Shown here: one piece after another, positions 1 to 12,915 of the stretch
How the letters are laid out: each line of letters starts with the position of its first letter
How positions within the stretch are numbered: the first letter of the stretch is position 1
Assembly (NCBI RefSeq): GCF_006345805.1
Contig: NC_043010.1
Location: 40,362,001-40,426,000, forward strand
Source: Octopus sinensis
Lineage: Eukaryota
Length of the DNA stretch: 64,000 nucleotides
Reading direction: 5' to 3'
Made by a program: the position numbers and the translations under genes
Notes under the pieces: generated by a model
Databases searched by the model: none
Seen by the model: only the letters and a program-made list of their open reading frames with translations
Told to the model about the DNA's origin: nothing

Positions 1-164
1 TGACTTAGTCCAGTTATTCTTTTCGTTATAAGATAAATATGTACCTATTTTCTGTGCATGTACACAAGTGAGCACTTTTATTCGTAGATGTATTAAATAC
101 ATAAATCCTTATATCATATTATAAGTCGACTCTTCACGCACACTTACGTTTATATATATACATA

Positions 165-331
165 TATACGACAGGCTTCTTTCAGTTTCCGTCTACTAAA
201 TCCACTCACAAGGCTTTGGTCGGCCCGAGGCTATAGCAGAAGACACTTGCCCAAGGTGCCACGCAGTGGGACTGAACCCGGAACCATGTGGTTAGTAAGC
301 AAGCTACCTACCACAAGCCACTCCTACGCCT
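165..331 (-). mobile_element. tRNA-derived SINE, family A, head and body only
   Basis: Reverse complement of ggcgtaggagtggc..tggtag..ggttccgggttcagtccc..ccttgggcaagtgtcttc; Pol III A/B-box-like head; same sequence recurs many times in the window. Confidence 0.85.
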
Positions 332-632
332 ATATATATAATTATATATAATTATACGTTAACGCAAGGCAAACATCTCAAGACGTATAAAATATTATTG
401 GAAATTCAAATTAATTGTTTTCCAATAATAATAATGTATATGACTTGGAATGTTTGACTTGCCTTAACGTTTTTTGTCCTCTTTAATAATTATATATCCG
501 CTATATTGGAAATCTGCAATGGCCCCATAACTACTGTCTCGGCTATAATCTTGGAGCCCCTAGTAATACGTTGCAGCACTTACCTAGCATATCTAATCGT
601 TTAGATCACCTGTGAACTAAACCACCATATTT

Positions 633-672
<40 letters not shown>

Positions 673-713
673 TTGTTGAAATTTGCAGAAAAACAAAAGA
701 CGAAGACAGGTGT

Positions 714-1245
714 ATGAACAACAAGCAGGTGTATTTGCTTGACATTTCACGTGGCACGACTGTTTCAAATGTGCAAGGAGAATTGCCCCTCCCCGTGTCA
801 GACCATCATTCGGGAGTCCAATTGCGATTTCTTGAAGCATTTCAACCAGGACATTCGGCGAAAGCGACCGTATATGTGGAGCATGAAGAACTGGATTCTT
901 CACCGAGATTACCTCACTCGGGATTTTCTCGCCAAAAACAACATGGTATGGCTTGCGCAACCGCCGTATTCGCCAGATTAAGTAACTACGGTCTTCGATT
1001 TCTTCACTCAGTTGCAAATACAGCTCAAAGATCGTCGTTTCAACACCATTGTCGAGATCCAGAGAAAATCGACTCGCTTACGGAAAATGACTTCCAGCCC
1101 TGATTCTGAAAGTGACAATACAACCTGGGAGCGGTGTATTGCTGCGTGAGGTGACTATTTCTGAGGAGATGAGGTTAAAACTCAAGTAAATAAGATTTTT
1201 TTATGAAACATAACTAGTCCGGGAATATTCTGATACCACCTCGTA
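714..1245 (+). mobile_element. Mariner (Tc1/mariner) transposon relic, 3' half with right TIR
   Basis: Frameshifted transposase: GQT-like/RRKRP..WILH..FLAKNNMVWLAQPPYSPD (739-981), C-terminal WERCIAA-GDYF near 1127-1160; end ctgataccacctcg+TA (1230-1245) resembles a mariner TIR. Confidence 0.85.
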
Positions 1246-1850
1246 CGGCCATCCAATGAATGTCTTAAGGCTGTATCATGCGCGGGGACATAGAAATAAT
1301 CGGACTGAATACCTGATCGCGGTTAAACCTTTGGGTGTGAAGGACTCCTAGCCTTTGTTATGGCATCCTTCTAGGAGAAATTAACTCAGGTAACTGTGAT
1401 AACTCCTACATAAAACCTGCGGCGCAGTAGTTACCGATGATGTTGGCTTGTTCTTCTTTTCCGATTATGGCTGCTGTTGCTTAATGAGTGGGATTGACTC
1501 AGTGCACAGCCTTTCCTCATTTAAAAAAAATCTTGTTGCACAGGCATTGCACGATAACAACATTGATTAAGGTTCGTGCAATGGCCATACTCGATAACGA
1601 GGGGGCAGCCATATATATATATGAGTGAGTAGACAAAAGAAAGAAGGGAAACTCAACACATTTATTGGGAGTCACATGTATAGATTAAAATAGTTCGATT
1701 TAGACTCTTTGGTACTCTAAGATTCAAGCAAGTTGCTACTGTTCGGTGCGTGGCTACTCTTCAGACCCTATGGCCGATGACTATCCGCACACTGGAAATT
1801 GAGAGTACCAAGGAATCTGAATCAAACTGTTTGATCTATCTCTGTCTCCA

Positions 1851-1995
1851 GTTTATGTGGAAGAACCTTGCTCGAAACGTAAAGCACTCTGTCTTCCCTT
1901 CCCTGAGCGACTTTTAATTCTTTGCATGTACTTCGGTTGTTGTTTTTTCTTGTGATTTCTCTTCGCTTTTTACTTTTTAGATTTACTTTATATAT
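1851..1995 (+). mobile_element. Short interspersed repeat, probable Penelope pLTR remnant (copy 1)
   Basis: Similar to 3172-3325 (tgctcgaaacgtaaa..ttccctgagcg..ttgcatgta..tagattt); abuts a TA/TACA microsatellite. Confidence 0.45.
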
Positions 1996-2005
1996 ACATA
2001 CATAC

Positions 2006-2082
<77 letters not shown>

Positions 2083-2107
2083 TAGAAAGTTGAAAAGGAA
2101 CACACTA

Positions 2108-2144
<37 letters not shown>

Positions 2145-3171
2145 TTATATGTTTATATCATTGACTGTGTGTGTAAGAGTGAGAATGTGTCTGTGTGTAT
2201 GTATACGCAAACATTATTATAGATTCATTGATCGCCCCAACAGAATGAAGAACTTTGACTACTTAAAAATATTTCTATTTCAGTATGATATTTTCATACG
2301 TGTCTGCTGGCGTGGGTGTAAAGAGTGTCTATGTGTATGTATATGCATGAATGTGTCTGTCTGAATTCATAACAGGTGCATATGTATGTGTTCGTGCTGT
2401 TATGAATGTTCTTAGAATATCATATCTGCTCTCGTAAATCAACCCTGCGTGAAATTCCAAGAGTTTAGGCCGCTTTGGTATACACCTAACTACTGATACT
2501 ATAAATTTTACCACCGTCCTTATCAAACAAAACCTCCAATCCTGACGCCCCCATTCATATTTCCTCGTAGTTTTGTTCTAGTTATATATTTTTATTTTTC
2601 TACTTTTTCTATTTTTATCTTATGTTGTTGCTGTTTTTTTAAGGAGAATGGGATATTCAGTCAAATTCTTGGTAAACAAATAGTTATTTCCAACACATTT
2701 TAATCGATTTTATTAAAATTTGTCATTTTCTTCATTCTTTGATATTTGTTTTTTTTTGTTTTGTTTTGTTTTTTTATCTTGCTATTTTCTTTTCTTGAAA
2801 CTGTATTTAACTATAAATCTTCTATTTACTACGTTCCATATATTGTCATTCTAGTAATGGTAAAGGGTGAGGTCTGTAGAATTATATGTGTATATAATAT
2901 ATTATGTGTGTGAGTGCACACACATACGTATACTTACACATGCAAACATATATACATGGCAGATGATGTAGCGTTACTTATGTAACAGGCGCGTGATACC
3001 GCTGTCAACAGATGGAATATACATCTGCTCTTTTACTATTCTTACACAAAACTTCGTTCAAATCATTCTGTTTATTTTGTTATAAAACTTCTATAAGTTT
3101 TATTTTATTATTAGGAAAGTATGTTTTTCAAATTAGGTGATCATTTCAAATTTCTTTTGTGAAATAACGTA

Positions 3172-3325
3172 ACAGACAGAAGAGGAGCTTTGCTCGAAAC
3201 GTAAAATACTCTTTCTTTTCTTCCCTGAGCGTCTTTTAATACTTTGCATGTATCATGTCCTTGCATTGTTGTTTTTCTTGTGTCATTTTCTTCGTTTTTT
3301 TCTTTCTAGATTTTTTTTATATATA
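3172..3325 (+). mobile_element. Short interspersed repeat, probable Penelope pLTR remnant (copy 2) with degenerate minimal hammerhead core
   Basis: cAgaaga-g-gag-ctttg-ctc-GAAAC-GTA at 3177-3203; core U4 is substituted and stem I is not formed. Confidence 0.45.
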
Positions 3326-3344
3326 CATACATATATACACACAC

Positions 3345-3802
<458 letters not shown>

Positions 3803-4533
3803 ATGTGATACAGCTATGACGTCAGCCGGAAATTTTACAGAGTAACGGTTCACAAACACGTTTCCTGCCATAACGATTTAAAGGACACTCCCAGGTGTAT
3901 ATTGTTGTCTTTTGGACTCTTACATCATAACGATCTGCCGCACCAAAGCTTCCTCAAGAACAATAGTTAATTTTCCGCTTCGCTTGGCTTCATGTAAAGC
4001 CGGACGTATGAATGACCGGATAGATTTCCTCTCACCACCTCAGATGTACACTGATATACATCAACACGTTCGTCCCCCAATGCTTTCTCAGTCGAGTCTC
4101 ATTCATTTATTATGATGAGTTGTTTACCATTAAGTAGTATTTTTATCCCACCTATTAGGTTGTCATCAAGTTACATTCTTATTACTTATGTCCATTTATT
4201 TTCTATAATGCATTATGCCTTCACGCTTGTATTTGTATATGTGTGTGTGTTCATGTCATCATGACCTCCACTTATGTCAATATCACACTTCTAGGTAACT
4301 AAGCTGTTAAAACATTAAGGCCCCAATCGCTCAAATATCCGCCACATTATCTCATTCACCCACTGGCTACTCCCCAATAAAAGCATACACAGAGCCACAA
4401 ACACACACACACACACTCACACACATACATTCACTGCTACCAGCAGACATACATACAGATATAGAGAGATAATAAATATACACATATATATATAGGGAGT
4501 ATAATTAAATATAGGTTCATATATGTATGAATA

Positions 4534-4616
<83 letters not shown>

Positions 4617-4679
4617 GTGTGATAATACCTGATAAATCATAAACCAGTATATATTATACTTTTTGTCTTCTTCTATCGT

Positions 4680-4835
4680 TTACTTCTTTCAATCATTTGA
4701 CTGCGGCCATGCTGGAGCGCCGTCATGCTGGAGCAGATGGACGCTAGGACTTATTCTTTCTGAGCCTAGTATTTATTCTATCGGTCTCATTTGCTGAACC
4801 GCTATGTTACAATAGCGGTTGTCAAACACGGACAC
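4680..4835 (-). mobile_element. SINE family A, 3' tail fragment
   Basis: catttgactgcggccatgctggagc..cctagta..tattctatcggtctc..gaaccgcta matches the family A tail. Confidence 0.7.
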
Positions 4836-4839
4836 ACAA

Positions 4840-4885
<46 letters not shown>

Positions 4886-5134
4886 AATATAGGAGAAAGT
4901 TTTTCGAAAAAAAATCTTATCAATGACGAGCATATTAAAAAATACCTTTAATGTTTAAATTTATAAAGAACTTATAAACAAGGGCAAAAGAAAAAAATTC
5001 TAATGCCAAATATGCCGAAAATAGACAAAATGTCAATAACCATATCATTTATCACTATAAACATGTATCTCGAAGTAAGCCGACAGAAATTTCTTAAAAA
5101 TTCCGTTATTATCGTATCGGTCCCAATTTCAGAG

Positions 5135-5272
5135 TTAAGTCATAATAATTTTCTCCTCGTCAGCGATAAACACGTAAGACATAAACGAAATACTTACTCG
5201 TGGGTATGAGTAAGTATTTCATTTATGTCTTACGTGTTTATCGCTGACGAGGAGACAATTCTTATGAATTAA
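5135..5272. repeat. Near-perfect palindrome, ~65-bp stem with 8-nt loop
   Basis: 5141-5199 pairs with 5208-5266 with 3 mismatches; loop gtgggtat. Confidence 0.95.
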
Positions 5273-5273
5273 T

Positions 5274-5383
5274 ACCAGCGGGGTGGCGTCATTCGAAAGC
5301 GAAAACAATGTGAACGCATTGTGACCAGCGATGTGTATCAACACCCGATGGTCTGGTCGGTCATGTGATCACGTGACGTGATA
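5274..5383 (+). mobile_element. SINE family B, 3' tail fragment
   Basis: ggggtggcgtcattcgaa..cattgtgaccagcgatgtg..ggtcggtca matches tails at 8580-8681 and 63840-63938. Confidence 0.75.
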
Positions 5384-5404
5384 TATGTATGTATGTATGT
5401 GTAT

Positions 5405-5456
<52 letters not shown>

Positions 5457-6090
5457 CATACATATACATATATATAGTGATAGTTCATATCTCTGAGGTA
5501 ATGAGTGTTTCAAAGAATAAAATCTATGTATTCACAGGCGAAAAATCTTCGGACTGAACCAGAGAACTAAGAACAGATACATGTTGTTATACCGGATACA
5601 CATGTTTGGTACTTGCTACAAGATTTAATTGCAAGTCGTTATGATAAAATACACTAAATGTACTTAGGTAGTAAACATCCTGGCACTGCAACAAATTTAT
5701 ATAGGTTTTCACCAAAAATTTATTAGAGTAACTATAGAAGGACTTCTAATAGGAAAATACAAACTAAATGTAATCAATATATGAAAGCAGCCTTCGTATA
5801 GATATGCCACTTAATCTATCATAACTTAATTATATAATTTGTAAAATCAGCTTTGATGTTGTTATCAGTTGTAACAGTGTTCTATGAGTTGTGAGATTAC
5901 TCTTAAATACACTACTCTTCAGAAATTTACAAACACTCATCTAATTAGGCTCCTTGTTAGAAGTCTTTCAATCGTTCTCGCAAACGATTAAACATAACAC
6001 GCCGGCCTGTAACTACAACTAGGTATAGCGAGACTCAGCTTCAGAGCGATGTGATATAAATCCAATGCACGCTGCAAAGGATATGCGGAA

Positions 6091-6125
6091 AGAAGAAGAA
6101 GAAGTAGAAGAAGAAGAAGAAGAAG

Positions 6126-6156
<31 letters not shown>

Positions 6157-6181
6157 GAGAAGCAGAAGAAAAAGAACTGAG

Positions 6182-6212
<31 letters not shown>

Positions 6213-6305
6213 GAGAAGTGGAAGAAAAAGAACTGAGAAATAGTAGTAGTAGAAGAAGAAGAGAAGAAGAAGAAGAAGAAGAAGAAGAACAACAACAACA
6301 ACAAC
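6091..6305. repeat. (GAA)n/(CAA)n trinucleotide microsatellite
   Basis: Directly visible. Confidence 0.97.
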
Positions 6306-6528
6306 AATGACAACAAGTTAACTTGTAACTTGATGTAACGTCATATATCTGGTAATTTGTGGTAGCGTCATATATCTCCAGAGCTACCACGAACTTCGCC
6401 GGTAAAATTCTAATCTAAGAAGATAATACGTCATTCCTTCGTACATATACAATACCCCGCTCAGTGCAAACAAAATGATAGTCATCTACTCGTATCCAAA
6501 GAAATTTGCTTCAAAGGGTGCAACATCT

Positions 6529-6563
<35 letters not shown>

Positions 6564-7419
6564 ACACAGAATTTCCACCCTAATTCTGACTTTCCAAATT
6601 TCTTTCCAGCTAACTCACTTTATTCTGTATATCATTAGCAGTTACATTTCAGGTAACCTTACTACCCTTCAGTTGCAGTAAAACAAATTTTGCATGGATG
6701 ACAATAATCTCGAGTAAAATTGCCCCAAGTCGTGTTATAACTTATTCATTTCAGGTAACAAGTATAACTCCATACCTCTCTTTCAATTTCTCTGAAGAGC
6801 CGCAATCAGGAATTGAAATCGCCTCTAATGATATGACTTGTATTTGAGAAAACCATTCGATACTTCAATGGAGGAAGAAGTAGAATTTTTCTGGCAGAAA
6901 AAAAAAACGATACGAACTTAACTGTGTATGAGATTTGATGTTCAAATTTTTTGTTGTGGAAAGCTTCTAAATTTCTGGAAGCAACAGACTCCCCGACACA
7001 CTTTCATAGCCAGGCAATTTCACGAACCACGTGGTGCAGTCCCCTTTCATGTAAACAAATTGGTAATGGTTATTTCCTTCTGTATCATTGAAGTCTGGTC
7101 AGCATTGGCTCGCAATGCATGCCATGAGATGAGCCACTTTGAAATATGAGAGTCGGCCTACCTACTGTTTTGCGTAGATGTTTTGAATTGTTGGCGTTTA
7201 GTCCAATGCCAGTTATACCAAACATAGATATAAGCAAAGGTGTTCTAGCTGTGGCGAAAACCCCGCTTGTTTTTTCTTCGCTGCTTGACATTTGAATAAT
7301 ATCTGAAATTTTGCCAATCGCTATCCAAAAGAACGCTAAGATGTTCGCTGATAGAATGAGAAAATATCTTTTGAAAATACCGAATGTTTATTACTTTTTT
7401 AAAAAGTGTATATTAAAAC

Positions 7420-7470
<51 letters not shown>

Positions 7471-8284
7471 CTTTCTAACAGCACTATTGCATAACAGATT
7501 ATGACAGACATTGCTGAAGGAAATAGTTTGCTTCTGTACATGTATCGAAATACACAGATGTAAGCTACAGGGCATTTGACCTTTCTATCTTATAAAGAAG
7601 CAAAAGTTAATTTGTAAGGTAATGTGAAACAAGTTGTGTCGTGATAGGCTCTCATGTCCTAAAACCACAAATATGAAAACATCTGCAAGTTTTACCGAAA
7701 CTTTTGATAACATTAATTTTTTTCAAAGCGGCTTAGCGATGAAAATTTATATGGACATATTGTCCACATTAAACAAAGTGCTCATAAAAGAATACAGCAT
7801 CTAAATATATTTACATAATTTTAGAATAGATTATCCAGTAAAATATGAATCTACGATTACGCTTGTGAATATATCCACATCTCTGGCTAATTAATAACAG
7901 TGAGACTAGAGTGATGCTAAGCCGTCCAGATATTGTCAAAATAATGTGACACATTAGGGTTTTTGGTTTAAAGAAGCATTAAGTGTCTATACTGATCCAT
8001 TTAAGTGTAGCAATGACAAAATGAATAAAGATTCATTTTTTCTTCTGCAATATGTATGAAAAGGAGAAAACACGAACGTGAAAAATAAAGATAAATGCTT
8101 GTAGATTGCCATGGATTTGAAAGTGTCTCAAAGTCAAAATTATTGAAGATATAAAACTAAAGTGTCGGTCAAAGACACATCACTATGTAACATTAACACA
8201 TTTATGAGCTTCTCACTTCTATCCCTCTCCCATCCTATTCCTCTCTCTTTTGTTCTCTGTCTCTCTCTTTCTCTCACTTCTCTC

Positions 8285-8319
<35 letters not shown>

Positions 8320-8389
8320 TTCAATTTCGGATTATCATAGTAATTTATTGTAATATAGAGTCGTTCAAAGTATATATATATGATGGTGT

Positions 8390-8681
8390 GGAGGCGCAAT
8401 GGCCCAGTGGTTAGGGCAGCGGACTAGGTTTCGATTCCCAGGCTGGGTGTAGTGAGTGTTTATTGAGCAAAAACACCTAAATGCAACACGAGACTCCGGC
8501 AACGAGTGGTGGTGATCCCTGCTATTTTCTTTCGCCACAACTTTCTCTCTTTCTTCTTTTGGCCTGTTCACTTAGCCAGCAGGGTGGCGTCATTTGAAGG
8601 CTAAAACAATGCGAAGCGCATTGTGACCAGTGATGTGTAGCAACATCTGATAGCCTGGTCGGTCACGGTGATCACGGTGAT
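8390..8681 (+). mobile_element. tRNA-derived SINE, family B
   Basis: ggaggcgcaatggcccagtggttagggcagcggac A-box head, gtttcgattccc B-box; homologous to 63662-63938. Confidence 0.85.
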
Positions 8682-11600
8682 ATGTATGTATATATATATA
8701 TATATATATCTGTCTGTGTATTTATGTATGTGTGTGTATGTATGCATGTATGCGCGCACGTGTATGTGTGTGTCATTTATTGCAAACTCTGTAAATAAAT
8801 TTTAAAAACCACCAAAGTAAAAGCAGTAAGTTTTAATCTTTTCTCTAGTTCGGCTCTGCAGAGAATAAACATCTTCTACTGATTAAAATGATTTGCAATT
8901 GTTTCGTAACAACACTATTTCATTTGAGCAACTTTATAGCCGCTGTAATTTATGAAACATCTCTACAATTGCTACTACTTGTACACTCCATCCACATCCA
9001 GTCGATACAGCCTGATTGCTTCTATGTGAAATTATATATAATCCACGCACTAATTACTAGATTTATTCTTTTTACTCAGAACATAAACATTTGGGACCAT
9101 CTCACTACTTTCTTACATTTTTTTCTGTGGTTGTTTCTCTATAGCCTGCCAGGACCTGGTTTTATTAGTTCTGCACCTTCTTCTCTGACTACTGATAAAA
9201 TAATTTTAAAAAATTCCCTGAACTGCAGTTTGGAGTAAGTTCTTTATTTTTGTGGGGAAATATCTTTAAAGCTTATTCAGCGTTGATCAATACCTGCTGG
9301 TCAAAATAATACGAAATAGGCCATTCAATAAATTATTACATAAAAAGAAGCGTCGATCGATTAAATCAGTGGCTAACATCGTTAAGGCAAAAACTGATAG
9401 AAGCCAGGGAGATAGTGCCAAGTTTGTGATAAAAGAGATGAAAGAGCTAAACCTTCGTGATTTGTAATTCGCAAGATCAGAAATAGAATAAAAATATAAT
9501 GTAAAAAAAAAAAAAAGATTCGTGAGCAAGTAAGAAGATACAAAAGGACTTACAAAGAAATTCGGATTGAAAAATCAATAGAAAATGGTAACTCTTACAA
9601 GCTGGAATTTCCTTTTGAAAATAGCTATTGTAAGATATTGCTGGATATTTCTCTGTAGTAATTGACTAAGTAATAGAGGTGCAGAGGTGCAGATGTGATT
9701 GTAATAAGGAAACAAATTATGATATGTAAAATAATATTATGTCAGCGTCTAAGTGGAAATGAAAATATAAAGTAAAAGAGAAAACAACAGAAAAGACAGC
9801 CAAATCTATATGAACTTGGACAGAGAACGATGAAAACCTCGAGACATATACGAGAAATTTATTTCTGTATTGATAAAAATACTGAGAATAACAAAGAATT
9901 GTTGAAGAGTCAGAGGTAATTGGAATCGAGCATAGAAGACAATAATTTCATTCTATATGTATACTTATCAAAATACTTGAATATTTATTTCGAATATCGA
10001 AATATTCATAAGAATGAGGAGAGAAAGATGAAAGGTGTAAAAACTTCGGAACTCTTCTCCACTTCATATCAAACTTACTGATTGCACTTTGTGAGCCGTT
10101 TTTTGTAGTTACTACCAGCACTACTTTCAGAAGATTCTATGGTTCTCTGTTCATAAAAGAGATATGTTACGGAAAGTATTCAATTAATAATGTCCCAATA
10201 TATGTACGTATAGAAATCGTTTCAAATATTAAAGAAACAATTTCAAATATTCCTAGTAAAAAATATTTTCCAGGAGAGTTGTTCTTTCTTTTTTATATCA
10301 TTTCTGACTCTAGATTAATGCCAGTAAAACTATGAAGGGGATATTAAATGTATTATTTAAAAGATTACTAGCACCGTAAGTAGAAAAGAAACAAGAACAT
10401 TCGATGGAACCTGAACAAAGTATGTAGAAAGGAATGAAAATATAATCTTTAGCGCATTTCCCACAGTGTTAAGTCACCGTCATTCTTTTTTTTTCTGTAT
10501 CTTTTTCATTGTTAGAAGATATAAATGTATTGAACTTCAGTCGCTCCAATGTATTATATATAATTTACGCATATTTTCTGAGTTATACAAAGTAAATCTA
10601 CCTCGGATGTGAAGAATAAAATTTACCGCGTAAAATCTTCGTAACATAAAACAAACTTACAACTGAAAATCGTTAACGACAGTCATATTATATATTAATT
10701 TTCTCTTAATGTAAACTAATTCTATGAATAATTGAGTATTCGTAAAGAATTTAATACAAGCAAAAGATGCCTGAAATATTTTTGACGAGCAATAAACTTC
10801 AAATTTTAAAAAATGTCCACATCTAATTAATTAATTCTCAGAAGAAAATGTCCATAAAATATTTTCTTCTGGAAAGAATAATATATGTATATTTTTTAAT
10901 CATTTCTATCTCGATTCTTATTGTTTTCGAAAATAATTTAATTTTCTTCCATAATTTAAATTATGATACACCTAAAGCAAATACACCGTTTGTTTGTCTT
11001 TTGTGTGTGTGTGTATATATATATTTTTTTACGTTATTTCCTTTCACGTTATCAGCATGCCTTTGTTTCATTGTCTTGTAATGTTTGGATTCCATAACTC
11101 GTATTCTAAAGATGCTTTATGAGTTTGTCACTTGTCTGCCTTCACCCTCACCTTTCGAGAAATCAATACATTTTATATAATATAAAGAGCAATTATTTTA
11201 AAGCTATCGATTTCAATATTGAGAAAAATATAAATATATAAAATCGCACATATAAGATTTTTTTTTCATTAATAATAAAATTGCCTTAAATTTCTATTCT
11301 AAGGTGGAAAAATTTATGGTGCTTGGTCAACATTGGTTTAAAAACATTAAGAAAAATATAATTGTTTTACTGAAAATTTCCCTGTGTTATTCAAATGATA
11401 TTGAAGTCTAATTGTACACATCTTTTCATCAAGATAACCATCACATCATAATGCACATATTAAACAGTATTAAACGGTTCCATAATTTTATTATTACTAA
11501 GAATAACAAGCTATAATAAAAGAAATAAATTAATGGAAATATAATTTTAGCCGAATGATTAAGCAACAATGTATGAGTGCTTGTATTACTCTGTTTGTCG

Positions 11601-12437
11601 TCGTCGTTGTCGTTGTCCTTGTCGTTGTTTTACTCCAGGTCGAATCGGATCGATCAGGCCTCAGGTGAAAAGGGCTTTGAGCCAATATTAAAAAATATTG
11701 CTTTTATTAAGACAGTAGAATAGATTTGAAATACGTTTAGTAGCAATTTCTAGCAGACCAATCGTTTTGACGAGGCACATTCGTCGGGTATTGAGGCTGA
11801 TTCTGTATTGTGTACATCTAAATCAGACACGATCAAGCCGATCTCTGATCTAAGTCATCTGTGATTCAATGTGTTTTATTGTCATTGTCGCTGATTTTGA
11901 TGAAATTTGGCTGTTATTTCTTGCGCGATGAGTGACCGCGTGGACGATCACACGTTTACTCTTTTCCAAAACAGTGAAGTACGATTTTGGAGATGTTGCT
12001 GCTATTCCTAGTAGGTCGAGCGAGTATAAGCACCTTCGATCACGCGCCTATATATATATATATATAAGTAATACAGTGATCGTTTCTTATCAGGAACAAA
12101 AATGTTTAATAGGACTGCTATAAAAGTGCTCAATTGAAAGAGACAAATATATCAAACTAAGGTCATAGAACAAACAAATGCAAGGTCATCCACATAACAT
12201 TTCATAACTCGAACATTTAATCATAGAATATATATTTAAACATCACGGAAGATAGAACATAACTCATCTGTACAAGCATATAAGAAAGCGCGAGAAAAAT
12301 ATGTGTGAATACATTTCATCACGGTTAAAAGTTAATACTTTAGCGATTAAGGAAAATATATTAAAAATAAAAACATTACAACACCTAGAAAGTAAATACG
12401 TAAAAATATAGTATAAATTAATATATAGATATATAGG

Positions 12438-12500
<63 letters not shown>

Positions 12501-12591
12501 GCATATAAAAATATATAATATATATAATGTAAAATAAAATAAAAGTTCATCGTTTAGAAAATTTTATAAAAAAGAGGAAACCATATTTACA

Positions 12592-12673
12592 TTCCCTATG
12601 CCCATTTCAGGGGTATATTATTGTGTTTAAAGCACTAGGGTGCATCACGATAATAACTCCTTCGTCAGGGGAA
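12592..12673 (-). ncRNA. Type I hammerhead ribozyme motif in the 3' region of the Penelope element
   Basis: Minus strand: UUCCC-CUGACGA-long stem II ending in GCAC/CCUA/GUGC hairpin-GAAA-UG GG CA U-A(cleavage)-GGGAA; all core nucleotides present, 5-bp stem I. Confidence 0.8.
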
Positions 12674-12915
12674 AAGCTAGAGAGACAGACATCATCGCGT
12701 ACCAGGCTAACACAATATTGTGTGCTTTCTTATTGAAGAAGTCATGCTCAGACGAGCCCAAAAGATAGAATTAAAGCAGTAAAGAAAAACATTTTTTTAA
12801 AGCATTAGAAATATATAGCAGTAAAAAAAAATGGGTGTATTAAATTAAATTAAATTAAATTAAATTAAACTAAATTGAACCTCCGTGGTTTCAAATCCTG
12901 TAAGACCTAAATTAT

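Noticed and set aside
7085-7291. ORF with KTVGRPT as a Tc1 transposase N-terminus
   Set aside because: No DDE motifs or TIRs found nearby.
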